NCBI RefSeq assembly: GCF_963921235.1
Contig: NC_086097.1
Location: 56,608,001 to 56,672,000, forward strand
Length of the DNA stretch: 64,000 nt
Direction: 5' to 3'
Source of the DNA: Mobula hypostoma
Lineage: Eukaryota
Shown piece after piece: positions 13,075 to 26,039 of this stretch (the first letter of the stretch is position 1; every line of letters begins with the position of its first letter). Made by a program: the position numbers and the translations under genes. The notes under the pieces are model-generated. The model made no database searches, was not told the DNA's origin, and saw nothing but the letters and a program-made list of their open reading frames with translations.

Positions 13075-13154
13075 CAGGGGTTCCCAACTTGGGGTCCATG
13101 GACCCCTCAGATAATGACAAGGCTCCATGGCATAAAAAAGGTTGGAAACCCTTG
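13075..13154. mobile_element. 80-bp hAT-Charlie-type MITE
   Basis: TIRs CAGGGGTTCCCAAC / GTTGGAAACCCTTG. 8-bp TSD TTCTAGAT (13067-13074) / TTCTGGAT (13155-13162), matching the Charlie NTCTAGAN target. Confidence 0.85.
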
Positions 13155-14010
13155 TTCTGGATACTGCTTGTGAAAAGTGCTAATTCTTGTTTAATAATTG
13201 CAAAAATTTTATTGTCTATCAAGCTGATCCCCAGTGCCATCAGATTTCTGAACCGCACCACTTCTGGAAAACAACAGATTTAGCAAAATATGACAGTGAT
13301 AATAAACCTGAATCGGATACTAATCAGCACCATACGGGGTAGCCTTTGTAGGCTAGATGGTCTTCTTCCGTAAGTGAATCAAAGAGAACTTCCACAGAAC
13401 CCGATGTGGATTGGCATTTTTCTCCTCTGATCATAGACCATGTTTATGGAGTAGAGGAGGACTTTTCTTTTCTCAAGGACAAGGGCTTTACAGTCAGGGG
13501 GCAGAGAAACCAAAAGTGAAATCATCAAATTAAGGCATTGTGCAGCCCATTCATGCTGTTGACTTTTTCCTCACTAGAATAAAATATTCACTTTAAGCAT
13601 CTGAAGGTGGAAACCTGATGCTCTGTGCTTAGGCCTAAAAATGATGAAGTGTAGCTTTGCTGTTATTACAATATTTGTAATCACTGATGACTTAATGTGG
13701 ATTACAGTTGTTGCATGGTGTGGTTCCAAGGTAATTACACGGCTCATTTAGTTCCTAAATCTTTGGTCTATAATGAAGCTCAAGGACATTTTCAAGAGAT
13801 AGTATATATAATTAGTAAAATTCAGTATCTGGGGAAGACTGGAAATCGTTCTTTAAACTCATCAAACAAGAGAAAGACTACTTTGAGTCATGGAAGGAAC
13901 TGTAGGAAATTTAATGATGACTAAGTTACTTCACCTTCAAGCTGAAAAATTGATAGAAAAATTAACAAATGTTGAGAGAAAACAGAGAAGTCAATGGAAC
14001 CAAAGTTACA

Positions 14011-14955
14011 GTCAATAGACAATAGGTGCAGGAGTAGGTCATTCGGCCCTTCGAGCCAGCACCGCCATTCACTGTGATCATGGCTGATCATCCACAATCA
14101 GTACCCCGTTCCTGCCTTCTCCCCATATCCCTTGACTCCACTATCTTTAAGAGCTCTATCTAACTCTTTCATGAAAGCATCCAGAGAATTGGCCTCCACT
14201 GCCTTCTGAGGCAGAGCATTCCACAGATCCACAACTCTTTGGGTGAAAAAGTGTTTCCTCAACTCCGTTCTAAATGGCCTACCCCTTATTCTTAAACTGT
14301 GGCCTCTGGTTCTGGACTCCCCCAACATCGGGAACATATTTCTTGCCTTCAGCGCGTCCAATCCCTTAATAATCTTATATGTTTCAATCAGATGCCCTCT
14401 CATCCTTCTAAATTCCAGTGTATACAACCCCAGTTGCTCCAATCTTTCAACATACGACAGTGCCGCCATCCCAGGAATTAACCTCGTAAAGCTACGCTGC
14501 ACTCCCTCAATAGCAAGAATGTCCTTCCTCAAATTTGGAGACCAAAACTGGACACAATACTCCAGGTGTGGTCTCACCAGGGCTCTATACAACTGCAGAA
14601 GGAGCTCTTTGCTCCTATACTCAACTTCCCTTGTTATGAAGGCCAACGTGCCATTTGCTTTCTTCACTGCCTGCTGTACCTGCATGCTTACTTTCAGTAG
14701 CTAATGAACAAGGACACCTAGATCTCATTGTGTTTCCCCTTTTCCTAACTTGACACCACTCAGATAGTAATCTGCCTTCCTGTTCTTGCCACCAAAGTGG
14801 ATAACCTCACATTTATCCACATTAAACTGCATCTGCCATGCATCTGCCCACTCACCTAACCTGTCCAAGTCACCCTGCATTCTCATAACATCCTCTTCAC
14901 ATTTCATACTGCCACCCAGCTTTGTGTCATCTGCAAATTTGCTAACGTTACTTTC
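14011..14955 (-). mobile_element. CR1 LINE 3' fragment
   Basis: ORFs 14725..14907 and 14098..14685 (RT end and C-terminus). The 3' UTR ends at 'aatagacaataggtgcaggagtagg'. Confidence 0.95.
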
Positions 14956-15024
14956 ACAGTGAGTGAAACCAGATGATATTCAAACACCCATGCAGAAATA
15001 ATGACCAAAGATTAATTTTTGCTC

Positions 15025-15132
15025 CTGAGCCCTGACGAAGAGTCCCGGTCTGAAACATGGACTATTCATTCATTTCCATAGGTGCTGCCTGACCTGCTGA
15101 GTTCCTCCAGCATTTTGAGTGTGTTGCTCTAG
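15025..15132 (+). mobile_element. Penelope-like pLTR fragment with degenerate hammerhead core
   Basis: CTGACGA 15032-15038 and GAAA 15052-15055, followed by 'gctgcctgacctgctgagttcctccagcattttg'. Confidence 0.8.
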
Positions 15133-15261
15133 CTTTTTCCTCACTTTCTCTTATTGGGACAAAGGCAGTTGGTGAACTAAGGGCAAATATGTTGGGTTTC
15201 TTTGGAATCAGAGAAACTGGCCAGCATTGGTTTACAAGAAGATAAAAGATGAAAAGCGGCA

Positions 15262-15573
15262 TCAAATAATGAGAGGGGACCTTATTGAAACAGACAAGCT
15301 TTTGAGGTGGGTTGACAGGTTGGATGCTGAGATGTTTTCACAAGTAGGAACGTCTTACATGAAGGGATGTAGTTATAAGATAAGGAGACGGTTGTTTAAA
15401 ATAAATGTGCATTGACATTTCTTGTTGCAAAGACTGGTGAATTTCAAGAAATCTCTACCTCAGAGCATTCTGGAAGCTAAATCACTAGAAGCAATTAAAG
15501 TGGAGGTGGATACATTTATGAAAAATTGGGAACTGAGGACTATGGGGAACTGGCATAGAAGAGGATTTGGGGC
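15262..15573 (+). mobile_element. CR1 3' fragment interrupted by a Gypsy element (continues at 19960-20035)
   Basis: MRGDLIET...RLDAEMF. The 3' UTR resumes right after the second LTR ('gaggccagcatagatca...gatcgtattgaatg'). Confidence 0.8.
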
Positions 15574-15870
15574 TGTTATGTTTTGTAACCCCAGAAATTA
15601 ATCAAAAGAATAAGACACAGGAGCCAGGAAACCGTGTCTACTTAGCTTTTTTTTTCCTAAGTGAGGTGCTCACATGTAACATAGTGGTGTAATGATGTAT
15701 GCCAATCTTACATATAACCCAAAATGAATTATGTGAATAAACAAAGAATGCTTAATCAAATAATATATTTATAATATTACTCAAATATTACTGAAATATT
15801 AAATATACTACACTCCTCCCTGCTTAGATATAAACTCCAACTCATCATAGAATGCATCTCAACTAAAATA

Positions 15871-16229
15871 CAATACTTTGTAAAAGTATTCATCCCCCAA
15901 CTCTTTGTTCACATAAGTAAGTATTGGAACCAGGGATTTTGATCAGGGGTTGTTATTGTGAGAGTTTTTATTTGTGAATCATATGCTCCATTTTTTATTG
16001 TAGAGCCCAAAAAAACAGAGAAAATTGTAAAGCATGGAAACTAAAAATTCAAAAACTGAAATGTCAGCAGTTCAAAAGTATTCACTGCCCCCCGCCACCT
16101 TTTCTTAGTATTTAGTTGAACCAGTAGCTATTACATTTTAGATATGACTCTATTAGCTTTGCACAATGTGATGCAGAAAGATTTGCCTATTCCTCCTTGC
16201 AAAATTGCTGAAGCTGTGCCAGGTTAGTT
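15871..16229 (-). mobile_element. Tc1-like transposon end inside the Gypsy element
   Basis: TA followed by 'caatactttgtaaaagtattca', with a second 'aaaagtattca' at about 16074 (IR/DR layout). The minus strand encodes QQFCKEE-like residues of the Tc1 transposase C-terminus. Confidence 0.7.
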
Positions 16230-18976
16230 AAGACCATAAGACCATAAGACATAGGAGCAGAATTAGGCCATTCAGCCCACGAAGTCTGCTCCACCATTCC
16301 ATCATGGCTGATCTCAGATCCACTCAACCACATACACCTGCTTTCTTGCCATATCCTTTGATGCCCTGACCAATCAGGAAACTATCAACTTCCGACTTAA
16401 ATGTATCCACAGACTTGGCCTCTACCACAGTCTGTGATAGAGCACTCCACAGATTCACTACACTTTGGCTAAAAAAATTCCTCCTTACCTCTGTTCTAAA
16501 AGGTCGCCCCTCAATTTTGAGACTGTGCCCTCTAGTTCTGGATACCCCCACTGTAGGAAACATTCTCTCCACATCCACCCTATCTAGTCTGTTCAACATT
16601 TGGTAGGTTTCAATGAGATCCTCCCACATTCCTCTAAATTCCAGTCAGTACAATACCAAAGCTGCCAAACACTCCTCATATGTAATCCTCTCCATTCCCA
16701 GAATCATCCTTATGAACCTCCTTTGGATTCTCTCTAATGACAACACATCCTTTCTAAGATATTGGGCCCAAAACTGTTGACAATACTCCAAGTGCGGCCT
16801 GACTAGTGTCTTATAAATGGTCAGGATTATCTCCTTGTTTTTATATTCTATTCCCCTTGAAATAAATGCCAACCTTGTATTTGCCTTCTTTACCACAGAC
16901 TCAACCTGTAAATTAACCTTCTGGGAGTCTTGCACGAGGACTCTTAAGTTCCTCTGCATCTCTAATATTTGAACCTTCTCCCCACTTGGGTAATAGTCCG
17001 CACTATTGTTCCTTTCACCAAAATGTATTATCATACATTTCCCAACACTGTATTCCATCTGCCAATTTTTTGCCCATTCATCCAATTTCTCTAAGTCCTG
17101 CTGCAATCACATTGCTTCCTCAGCACTACCTACCCCTCCACCTATCTTCGTATCATCCGCAAACTTTGCCACAAAGCCATCAATTCCATTATCTAAATCA
17201 CTGACAAACAATGTGAAAAGTAACTGCCCCAATACTGACCCCTGAGGAACACCACTAGTCACTGGCAGCCAACCAGAAAAGGGCCCTTTTATTCCCACTT
17301 GCTGCTTCCTGCCTGTCAGCCATTCCGCTAACCATGCCAGTATCTTTCCTGTAATGCCATAAGATATTATTTTGTTAAGCAGTCTCATGTGTGGCACCTT
17401 ATCAAATGCCTTCTGAAAATCCAAGTAAATGACATCCACTGCCTCTCCTTTGTCCACCCTGCTTGTTACTTCCTCAAAGAATTCTAGCAGAATTGTCAGG
17501 CAAGATATCCCTTTACGGAAACAATGCTGTCTTTGACTTATTTTATCATTAGTCTCCAAGTTCCCCGAAACCTGATCCTTAATAATAGATTCCAACACTT
17601 CCCCAACCACTGAGGTTAGGCTAACTAGCCTAAAATTTCCTTTCTTTTGCTTTCTTCTCTTAAAGAGTGGAGTGGCATCTAGAATCTTCCATTCCTCCAG
17701 GACCATGCCAATATCAAGTGATTCTTGAAAGATCAAGACCAATGCATCCGTTATCTCTTCAGTAACCTCTCTCAGGACTCTGGGATGTAATCCATCTTGT
17801 CCAGGTGACTTATCCACCTTAAGACCTTTCAGTTTGCCTAGCACTTTTTTCTTTGTAATACCAATGACACTCACTCCTGCTCCCAGGCATTCATGGATTT
17901 CCGGCACAGTGCCAGTGTCTTCCACAGTAAGGACTGATGCAAAGTACCCATTAAATTCATCTGCCATTTCTTTGTCCCCCATTACTACCTCACCAACATC
18001 ATTTTCCAGTGGTCCAATATCAACTCTCACCTCCCTTTTACTCCTTATATATAACTGAAAAAACTTTTGGTATCCTGCTTTATATTATTAGCTGGTCTGC
18101 CTTCATATTTCATAGATTTTTAGTTGCCTTTTATTGGATTTTAAAAGCTTCCCAATCATCCAACTTCCTACTCATTTTTGCTACCTTATATACCCTTTCC
18201 TTGGCTTTTATGCAGTCCTTAACTTCCTTTGTCAGCCATGGTTGCCTACCCCTGCCATTTGAGAACTTCTTCCTCTCTGGGACATATCTACCCTGCACCT
18301 TGTGAACTATTCCCAGAAACTTCAGCCATCTCTGCTCTACCATCATCCCCACCAGTATCCTCCTCCAATCCACCTGGACAAGCTCCACTCTCATGCCTCT
18401 GTAATTCCCTTTATTCCATTGCAATACTGATATATGTGACTTGTGCTTCTTCCACTCAAATTGCAGTATGACTTCAGTCATGCTATGATCACTGCCTCCT
18501 AAGCGTTCCTTTATGTGAAGCTCCCTAATAAGATCTGGGTTATAACACAACACCCATTCTAAGATAGCCTTTCCCTGAGTAGACTCAAGCACCAGCTGCT
18601 CTAAAAAGCCACCTTGTAGGCATTCAACAACTTCCTTCTCTTGCGATCTGACACTAACCTGATTTTCCCAATCCCCTTACATATGGAAGTCCCGCATCAC
18701 AATTGTGTCATTACCCTTATAACATGCCCCTTCCGGTTTCATTTGCAATCTCAACCCCACATGTTGGCTACTATTTGGAGGCCTATATATAATTCCCATA
18801 ATGTTTTTTTTTACCCCTGCATTTCCTTATCTCCACCCACAAAGATTCAGCATTCTCTGATCCTATGTCATCTCTTTCTAAAGATGTAATTCCATCTCTT
18901 ACCAACAGAGCCACACCACCACCTATGCCTTCCTGCCCGTCCTTCCGATACAAAGTATATCCTTTGCTGTTAAGTT
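16230..18976 (-). mobile_element. CR1 LINE (nearly complete ORF2, disrupted) nested in the Gypsy/Tc1 region
   Basis: ORFs 18131..18592, 17107..18030 (RT), 16645..17106 and 16324..16629. (AGACCATA)n tail at about 16230-16252. Confidence 0.95.
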
Positions 18977-19859
18977 GGGGAGGTTAGTTCAGTATCTTTG
19001 AAATATTGTTTAAACTCATTTTGTGGAATGATAGAAATAGCAGAGCCGGTGTCCAACTCCATTTTAATCAATCTGCTGTTCACTTCTGGTGTAAGCCTTA
19101 TTGCTTATCCATTGTTAGTTTTCACATTGTAACTCCTAAGGCTACTTAGTCCTCTGTCACTCTCATTATTATCGGATTTTTCATCAACAGCATGCAGATC
19201 AGTGCTCATTTTGAAACTGCATCTTGATTTTTTTAACTTTTTTTCTTCCCTGTGCAAGTCATCCATTTTAGTTTGCCTGAAATGCACTTTGTATGTGTCC
19301 CACTTTGTTGCATTTTCTGTAAGTTTTGCCTTTAAATCTGAATTGGTCTGGTGTATGTGAGCCCCTGCCGCAATGGTAACAAAATTTATTCAGCCAGGTA
19401 AGTTTCTGTTTAGACATTGCAATTTTGTTCATGCTTGCTTTCATTCCTGACTACAACTCATTTGCATCTCTGACTGCTGTTTCCAATGATACAGTGATTT
19501 CGACTGCTCTATTAAATGTGAGCTGTGCTGCAGCTGGGATCTGTTTTTGAACGCTTTCTTGTAAAATTCCACAAAGAAAAAAGTGTTGCACTTCAACAGG
19601 TAGATAATTGTCTCAGGTTTGTTTTAAAACTTCCTCATCGCCACTGTTATATTTTGTAACTCCAGGAACTAATTGAAAGAAAGAATCGCAGGAGTTGGAA
19701 AAACATGTCTACTTAGTTTTTTTTTTCTGAAGTGAGGTGCTCACATATAACATAGTGGCATAATGATGTAAGCCAATCAGTACTTCTTACATACAGCATA
19801 ACCCATAATGAATTATATGAACCAACAAAGAATGCTTAATTGAATAATATATTTACAAT

Positions 19860-19908
19860 CACAAACAAGAGAAAATCTGCAGATGCTGCAGATAGATGTG
19901 TGTGTTGC
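19860..19908 (-). mobile_element. 49-bp Penelope-like micro-insertion in a Gypsy LTR
   Basis: TSD AATATATTTACAAT at 19846-19859 and 19909-19922. The insert is absent from the other LTR and matches the pLTR terminus 'cagcatctgcagattttctcttgttt'. Confidence 0.8.
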
Positions 19909-20859
19909 AATATATTTACAATATTATGTAAATATTACTAAACTATTAAATACACTACAGAGGCCAGCATAGATCACCCTTGATCGTATTGAATGTAGGC
20001 TTCAGTGGCTGTATGGGCTACTCTGCTATTTTCCTGACTTCCAGTGTTTTTGTAAACATGGATTTTCTGTGGAACCAAACAGTGTATCTGTGTGGGTTTT
20101 CTAAGGTAGATTCTAGACCAACAACCTCATCTGTAGTTAGGTAGTTTCTGAAGTGAGAAATTCAAAAAGCTGTCAAATTAGATCTGAATTTTGCCAAATT
20201 ATTGCCACTTTTAAAAAATGGCATTCTGAACCAGTTTCATTTTAAAATACACTTTGTGCAGCTATATATTCCCCATTGTTTGTTGTCGATGTTGACAGTT
20301 TTGTTTATTGTATCATTTTCATTCCTGGGGCGTTCAGTTAGTTTATACAGCTTAAGACTCAAATGCACTTTAAAACCCAATTAATGGAAAATAAATAAAT
20401 CTTCCCAATAAGTCTGCAAAACCATGTCCAGGGGTGAATTCTAAAGTCAGCAACTTCACTGCTTCCACTGAGAATTTGTGTGATTCTATGTAGGTAACAT
20501 GACTTACAACAGATTTCTAAATCATATTGATGTATTCAAAAATGAGACCTGGTAATCTGATTCATAGTATGATGGGTGGATTAATTATGGCAAATAAATC
20601 TGACTCATGAGACTTTATGATTGCAATATCTCAAGAACATTGATCAAAGATTATGACAGCAAAGTATGTGGCAGAGGAAACTATAAATAAAATTAAGTAT
20701 TCCACCCTATTCTATAATTTCCTGAAAGAAGGTATGAAATCTCAGAATTGCTTCATACTTGTTGTCTTCTGGCAATTGAGCTCTCTAAGTGCTACAGTAT
20801 ATAGTGTAAAATCAAATAATCTGTTATTGGTATATTATTTATATATCAATTATATTATG

Positions 20860-21232
20860 CCATCTATAAATCTGGTGGCAATACAACTATCATTGGAAGA
20901 ATTTCAGATGGTGATGAGAGGGCGTACAGGAGCAAGATATATCAGCTAGTTGAGTGGTGTCACAGTAATAACCTTGCACTCAACATCAGTAAGACCAAAG
21001 AACTGATTGTGGTCTTCAGAAAGGGTAAGATGAGGGAACACATACCCATCCTCACAGAGGGATCATAAGTGGAGAGAGTGAGCAAGTTCAAGTTCCTGGG
21101 TGTCAATATCTCTGAGGATCTGTCCGAAGCTCGACATATCAATGCAGCTACAAAGAAGCCATGGCAGTGGTTATATTTCTTTAGAAGTTTGAAGAGATTT
21201 GGTATGTCACCAAAGACCCTCGCAAATTTCAA
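20860..21232 (+). mobile_element. Rex1/Babar-like LINE fragment
   Basis: YRSKIYQLVEWCHSNNLALNISKTKELIV...FKFLGVNISEDL; homologous to 30830-31170. Confidence 0.85.
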
Positions 21233-23199
21233 CTGATTTCAAAGGAAAAGGATACTTGCATAAATGTTAAAATGTTTATCCTTGAAATTTTCATGTGTCC
21301 TATTTTTGTAGTACATAGCTGTAATTATTATAGTGTAATAATTATGGGCTGGGACATAGAAACCATGTATTTATTTTCTGTCTGTTTGTACTGTATTTTG
21401 TGTTGTGCGTTTATTATGGGTTACAATAATTTGTCGTGTGAGTTGGGGCATGGTAGAAGCAAATAAGTATAGTTATGTATTCAACTAGTTAGTTTAATCT
21501 AGTTGACAGGGACTGAGCTGGGGATGATACTTTTTTGTTTACTACTAATTTGAATGCTGATTACTCTTATTTCACGATATCACTAATTTAGTTTTGTTAG
21601 TTTAATATCATTGTACAAGATCATTTGTCTTCACTGGTTTTGTAATAAAGGATTAAACATACTTTTTACGACTTGGAACTCAGCTACTTTGAAGTGCATT
21701 CATACAGTGTCATATCCCTTGCTCAGTCTCTCAGCAGTTTTGTTTTCAAGTAACTATAGAGTTTTCAAGCTACATATTGTAATCAATTTTTAATAAATAA
21801 CACAATAATACCGCTGGGCATTTTTGAAAAACAGCATTAATATTGTTTTTCCTAAGCCTCTTCAGAAATTCTTCACTCTCTGATTTTCACACCTTTTGAA
21901 GTAAATGCAATTCATTTCCCTCCAGCCCCACTCCCCCACCATTTGTTTAATCACTTTGTCTTCTATATTACAGGAACCTTGCTATTTTACACTGAGATAC
22001 ATGGAACTGATTTTACCATGGAATATTCCAGGAAAAAAAGTCATTCCCTATAACAAGAACATCTCTATGCTCTGGTTCACATGTTTAGTAAAGGCAATGT
22101 GAAAATGGAAATTAATCATTACCTCCATTTACACTTTATCATTCAACTTATTGCAGCATTGCCTCAATCCTCTCAGAGTACACTCCCACCAATGACTTCC
22201 ACCACATCTAATCACACCTCAAGTGCTGCTTGAAGTAATGTAGATACTAAAATGTCCTTGTTTCACTCCACATCTTGCTTTCAATCCATTGTGAAAACTT
22301 TGGTGTATGCTTTACTGAGGATTAAGCTGTGTTTCAGAAGTCTTAAAGCGGAATTAACTCCCTGAATTAATTTCAAGGAGCATCTGCTCTTCAATAGATG
22401 AAAGCAACCTTTAAAAATTGGTAGTCATTTCCCACGATTGAGCATTCTGCCAATTAACGTAGCGGCCATGGAAATTATAAGGCAGTATGAATTCAGTCTT
22501 CTCCTAAATTCACAAAGAACAGGTGCCAGTTAATTGCACAGACCAAGTCCCAAGCTATATAGTGGGTCTTATTCAATTGAACTTTCCTGGTGGTCAACCT
22601 AACAGTATTTGCTTAGCTCTGTGGTTAAAAATGTATTCTGTTATTTTTGTGGTGATTTTTTGAGGTGTAATCCTTTAATGCTGTTCAGTTCATAATACTA
22701 TACTTACAGTACTCAGAATGAATTATTCATGGTGTGTGCAATTCAATCTCAGTCATAATAATGCTTATGTTTATGGTTGTTGCAGCAGTTTATTAATGTG
22801 TGAACTGATAAATATTCATGTTTACCTTTAGTTGAGCTGACAAGGTTGTTATGGTGCGATGATTTATAAATTTTATTGCATTATGTGATTCCCTCGACAA
22901 AGGAGTATACAAATAATCAATCCTTCATATACCAACGATTTTTGTTGCCACTCACTCATATCAGTACAGTTTTCACTGATTGATTGTGTTCACTCAATCT
23001 TCATTCATCTGCTGAACATAAGAACATAAAAAAGGAGAGCTCTGTGAGGATTGAGGGGCTCCTGCTTCTACTTCAATGCGATCACAGTTCATTTGCCACA
23101 AAGGAGCCTTTAATTCCCAAGTCTTTCATAAATATTTTTCAGCCCTACAATGACCTAACCTTCACAAACCTCTAGGGGAGAGTGTTTCAGAGGTTTGCC

Positions 23200-23580
23200 A
23201 TCCACTGTGAATGTAGATGTTGCTCTTAGAAGGAAAGACCGGTCCATCACAGGAAAAATCTTCCCTATTATTGAGCAAATCTGCAAGGAGCACTACCAGA
23301 AGGAAGCAGCATTCATCATCAAGGTCCCCCACCATCTTCTTGCTGCTGCCATTGGGAAGATGGTACGGGAGCTCTGGGTCCCACACCTCCAGGTTCAGGA
23401 ACAGTGATTACCCTTCAACTGTCAGGCTCCTGAACCAGTGTGGGTAACCTCATTCATCTCAACACTGAATTGATTCCACAACCTTTGGACTCACTTTCAA
23501 AGACTCTACAACTCGTATTCTCAGTATTACTTATTTACTTTTTTTTTGTATTTGTACAGTTTGTCTTCTCTTGCACCATT
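23200..23580 (+). mobile_element. Rex1/Babar-like LINE 3' end
   Basis: LLPLGRWYGS...TSRFRNSDYPSTVRLLN and a 3' UTR shared with 48080-48320. Confidence 0.8.
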
Positions 23581-25357
23581 TTCCAGGAGCCAGCAATTTT
23601 CCCCATCCCCCAAAATGAGCCAGCACAGAGCATGTGCATTCACAAACAGGCACTTTTTTTAAGACACTCCACCCATCAATCGAGTCCCTTCCTGAAACTG
23701 AAAGCAACAACAAACAGGACACGTCAAAGAATGCCACTGTCCTGGTACATACAAAAGTGTGCATGCTGCATGTTAGCCTACTGTGTGCACCCAATAAGCA
23801 TACGTCAGCACTGCCAGACAGGGAAATTGAGAATTACGGGGCTACTGGGGCAGGAAGAGGGGAGGAAGAAATTACTTGTGGCAGACCCGCTCTGTCACAG
23901 CTATCAGAGCGGAACTTTAATTGACAACTCACAGGCCATGTTTGCATCCATGTAAGAGATGGCTGCCACCTTGAGAAGATTACATTACTGCATTTTATCA
24001 AGCTTGTCTACAACTTCTCTATAGGAAGTACCTGGTGAAGGAAATGATGCAAAGTTTATCATCATCATCCCCACATCCCCCAACACATCTCATCCCCAAC
24101 TCTCATACCCGGCACCAAAGTGCTGCCTTAACTAACTGCAGGTGAAGTTATTTTATGAGCTCCAAAACAAAGTTTGCAAGAAACCATTGCCAAATATTTG
24201 TCAGGGGGAACAGAAGCATGAGCTGTAATGAGGGGCTTTAATGCAGATTGCATGATCAAACACATTCAAACCCTCACCAAACTTCAGATCAATTATGGCT
24301 CTGTTACACTGGACGGTTTACCATGCCCCAACGGAACCAATATTTCAGTCAATAATTTAACCCTGTTTCAGGAGTAATTCCATGAAGTGTTAGCTAATTC
24401 TTCATCAAATTAAAATTAAGTATTTATTGTCTGTGGGTGAACAAAAGGAATAGATACATGAGGACAATAGAATGGTACACACCCAATGTGCACTGCAGAG
24501 ACCAACAGCAAGTGGGTGTAAAGTTGTTTTTGTGTCGTATTGATAGTGACAAGCTGACAGCAAAATCTTCAAGGAAATACAAATTCAGAAAAGAGGCAGG
24601 ATACATTAAAAAAATCCAGTCATGTACTGGGATTATCCGTACAACTAACGTTAAACACACTTACAAAATTCATTTCTTTAGTCAAAGGAGAGAGTGATGT
24701 TGGAATTGCCATGGAAGGTGACAACATTAAACAACACATGGAAAGTGAATTTATGCGAAAGTCTCTCTGGATCTCTGATTAATGGTGGTTAGATCACTCG
24801 AAGAGAGAATTTAACTAGGGTTAGCAATTGAAATGTGGAGATCAATCAAGCTGAGTACTATCAGAAACATCAGTACTATCCAGGTTTCTAGGATGAGATC
24901 ATCAATTTAAAGCTCCAGTCCCATGTCTTGATTTGCCTCTTGAATGGCCAATATGACTACTTTAATGCAAAAAGTATCAGGAACAAGGGTGATGAACTTA
25001 GAGCATGGATCAAGACATGAACCAATGACGTTTTGGCCATGACAGAGCCTTGGCTATCACAAGGGCAGGAATGGCTGCTGGATGTTCTAAGGATGTTTCA
25101 AAAGGGACAGGGAGGGGGTAAAAGAGGTGGTGGGATACCATTGCTAATCAGGGATAGTATCACAGCTGCATAAAGGGAGTACGTCATGGAGGAATCGGTT
25201 ACTGAGTCAGTGTGGGTGGAAGTCAGAAACAGGAAGGAATGAATCACTCTATTGGGAATATTCTATAGATCCTCAATAGCAACAGAGACACTGAGGGACA
25301 GATTGGGAGGCAGATTCTGGAAAGATGCAAAAATAACAGTTATTGGTCACGAGTGTC

Positions 25358-26032
25358 AAAATTGCTGGTGAACGCAGCAGGCCAGGCAGCATCTCTAGGA
25401 AGAGGTGCAGTCGACGATTCAAGCCGAGACCCTTCGTCAAGACTAACTGAAGGAAGAGTTAGTAAGAAATTTGAAAGTGGGAGGGGGAGGGGGAGATCCA
25501 AAATGATAGGAGAAGACAGGAGGGGGAGGGATGGAGCCAAGAGCTGGACAGGTGATTGGCAAAAGGGATATGAGAGGATCGTGGGACAGGAGGCCCAGGG
25601 AGAAAGACAAGGTGGGGGGGAACCCAGAGGATGGGCAAGGGCTATAGTCAGAGGGACAGAGGGAGAAAAAGGAGAGTAAGAGAAAGAATGTGTGTATAAA
25701 AATAAATAACGGATGGGGTACGAGAGGGAGGTGGGGCATTAACGGAAGTTAGAGAAGTCAGTGTTCGTGCCATCAGATTGGAGGCTACCCAGACGTAATA
25801 TGTGTTGTTCCTCCAACCTGAGTGTGGCTTCACCTTTACAGTAGAGGAGGCCGTGGATAGACCTGTCAGAATGGGAATGGGATGTGGAATTAAAATGTGT
25901 GGCCACTGGGAGAGAAAGCAGGATCTGTACGTCGACTGTACCTCTTCCTAGAGATGCTGCCTGGCCTGCTGCATTCACCAGCAATTTTGGTGTGTGTTGC
26001 TTGAATTTCCAGCATCTGCAGAATTCCTGTTG
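25358..26032 (-). mobile_element. Penelope-like element: GIY-YIG C-terminus + pLTR (minus) joined to an inverted pLTR end (plus)
   Basis: ORF 25739..25984(-) has PVATHFNSTSHSHSD..IHGL.....RLEEQHI.RLGSLQ.DG.N, the PLE endonuclease tail. 25358-25416 is the reverse complement of 25930-25988. Confidence 0.9.
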
Positions 26033-26039
26033 ATTGTTG

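Larger units (their letters stand above)
15574..19959 (-). mobile_element. Gypsy LTR retrotransposon relic (two LTRs, gag-protease retained, most of pol deleted)
   Basis: LTRs 15574-15812 and 19645-19959 (TG...CA). PBS TGGCGATGAGGA (minus, 19632-19643), PPT AGGGAGGAG (minus, 15813-15821). Gag knuckle remnant KCNKVGHI near 19290 and protease MELDTGSAI near 19036-19063. Flanks GGGGC/GAGGC. Confidence 0.9.

Noticed and set aside
23440..23955. 171-aa ORF
   Set aside because: It starts in a Rex1 3' UTR, runs into unique sequence and has no recognisable motif.
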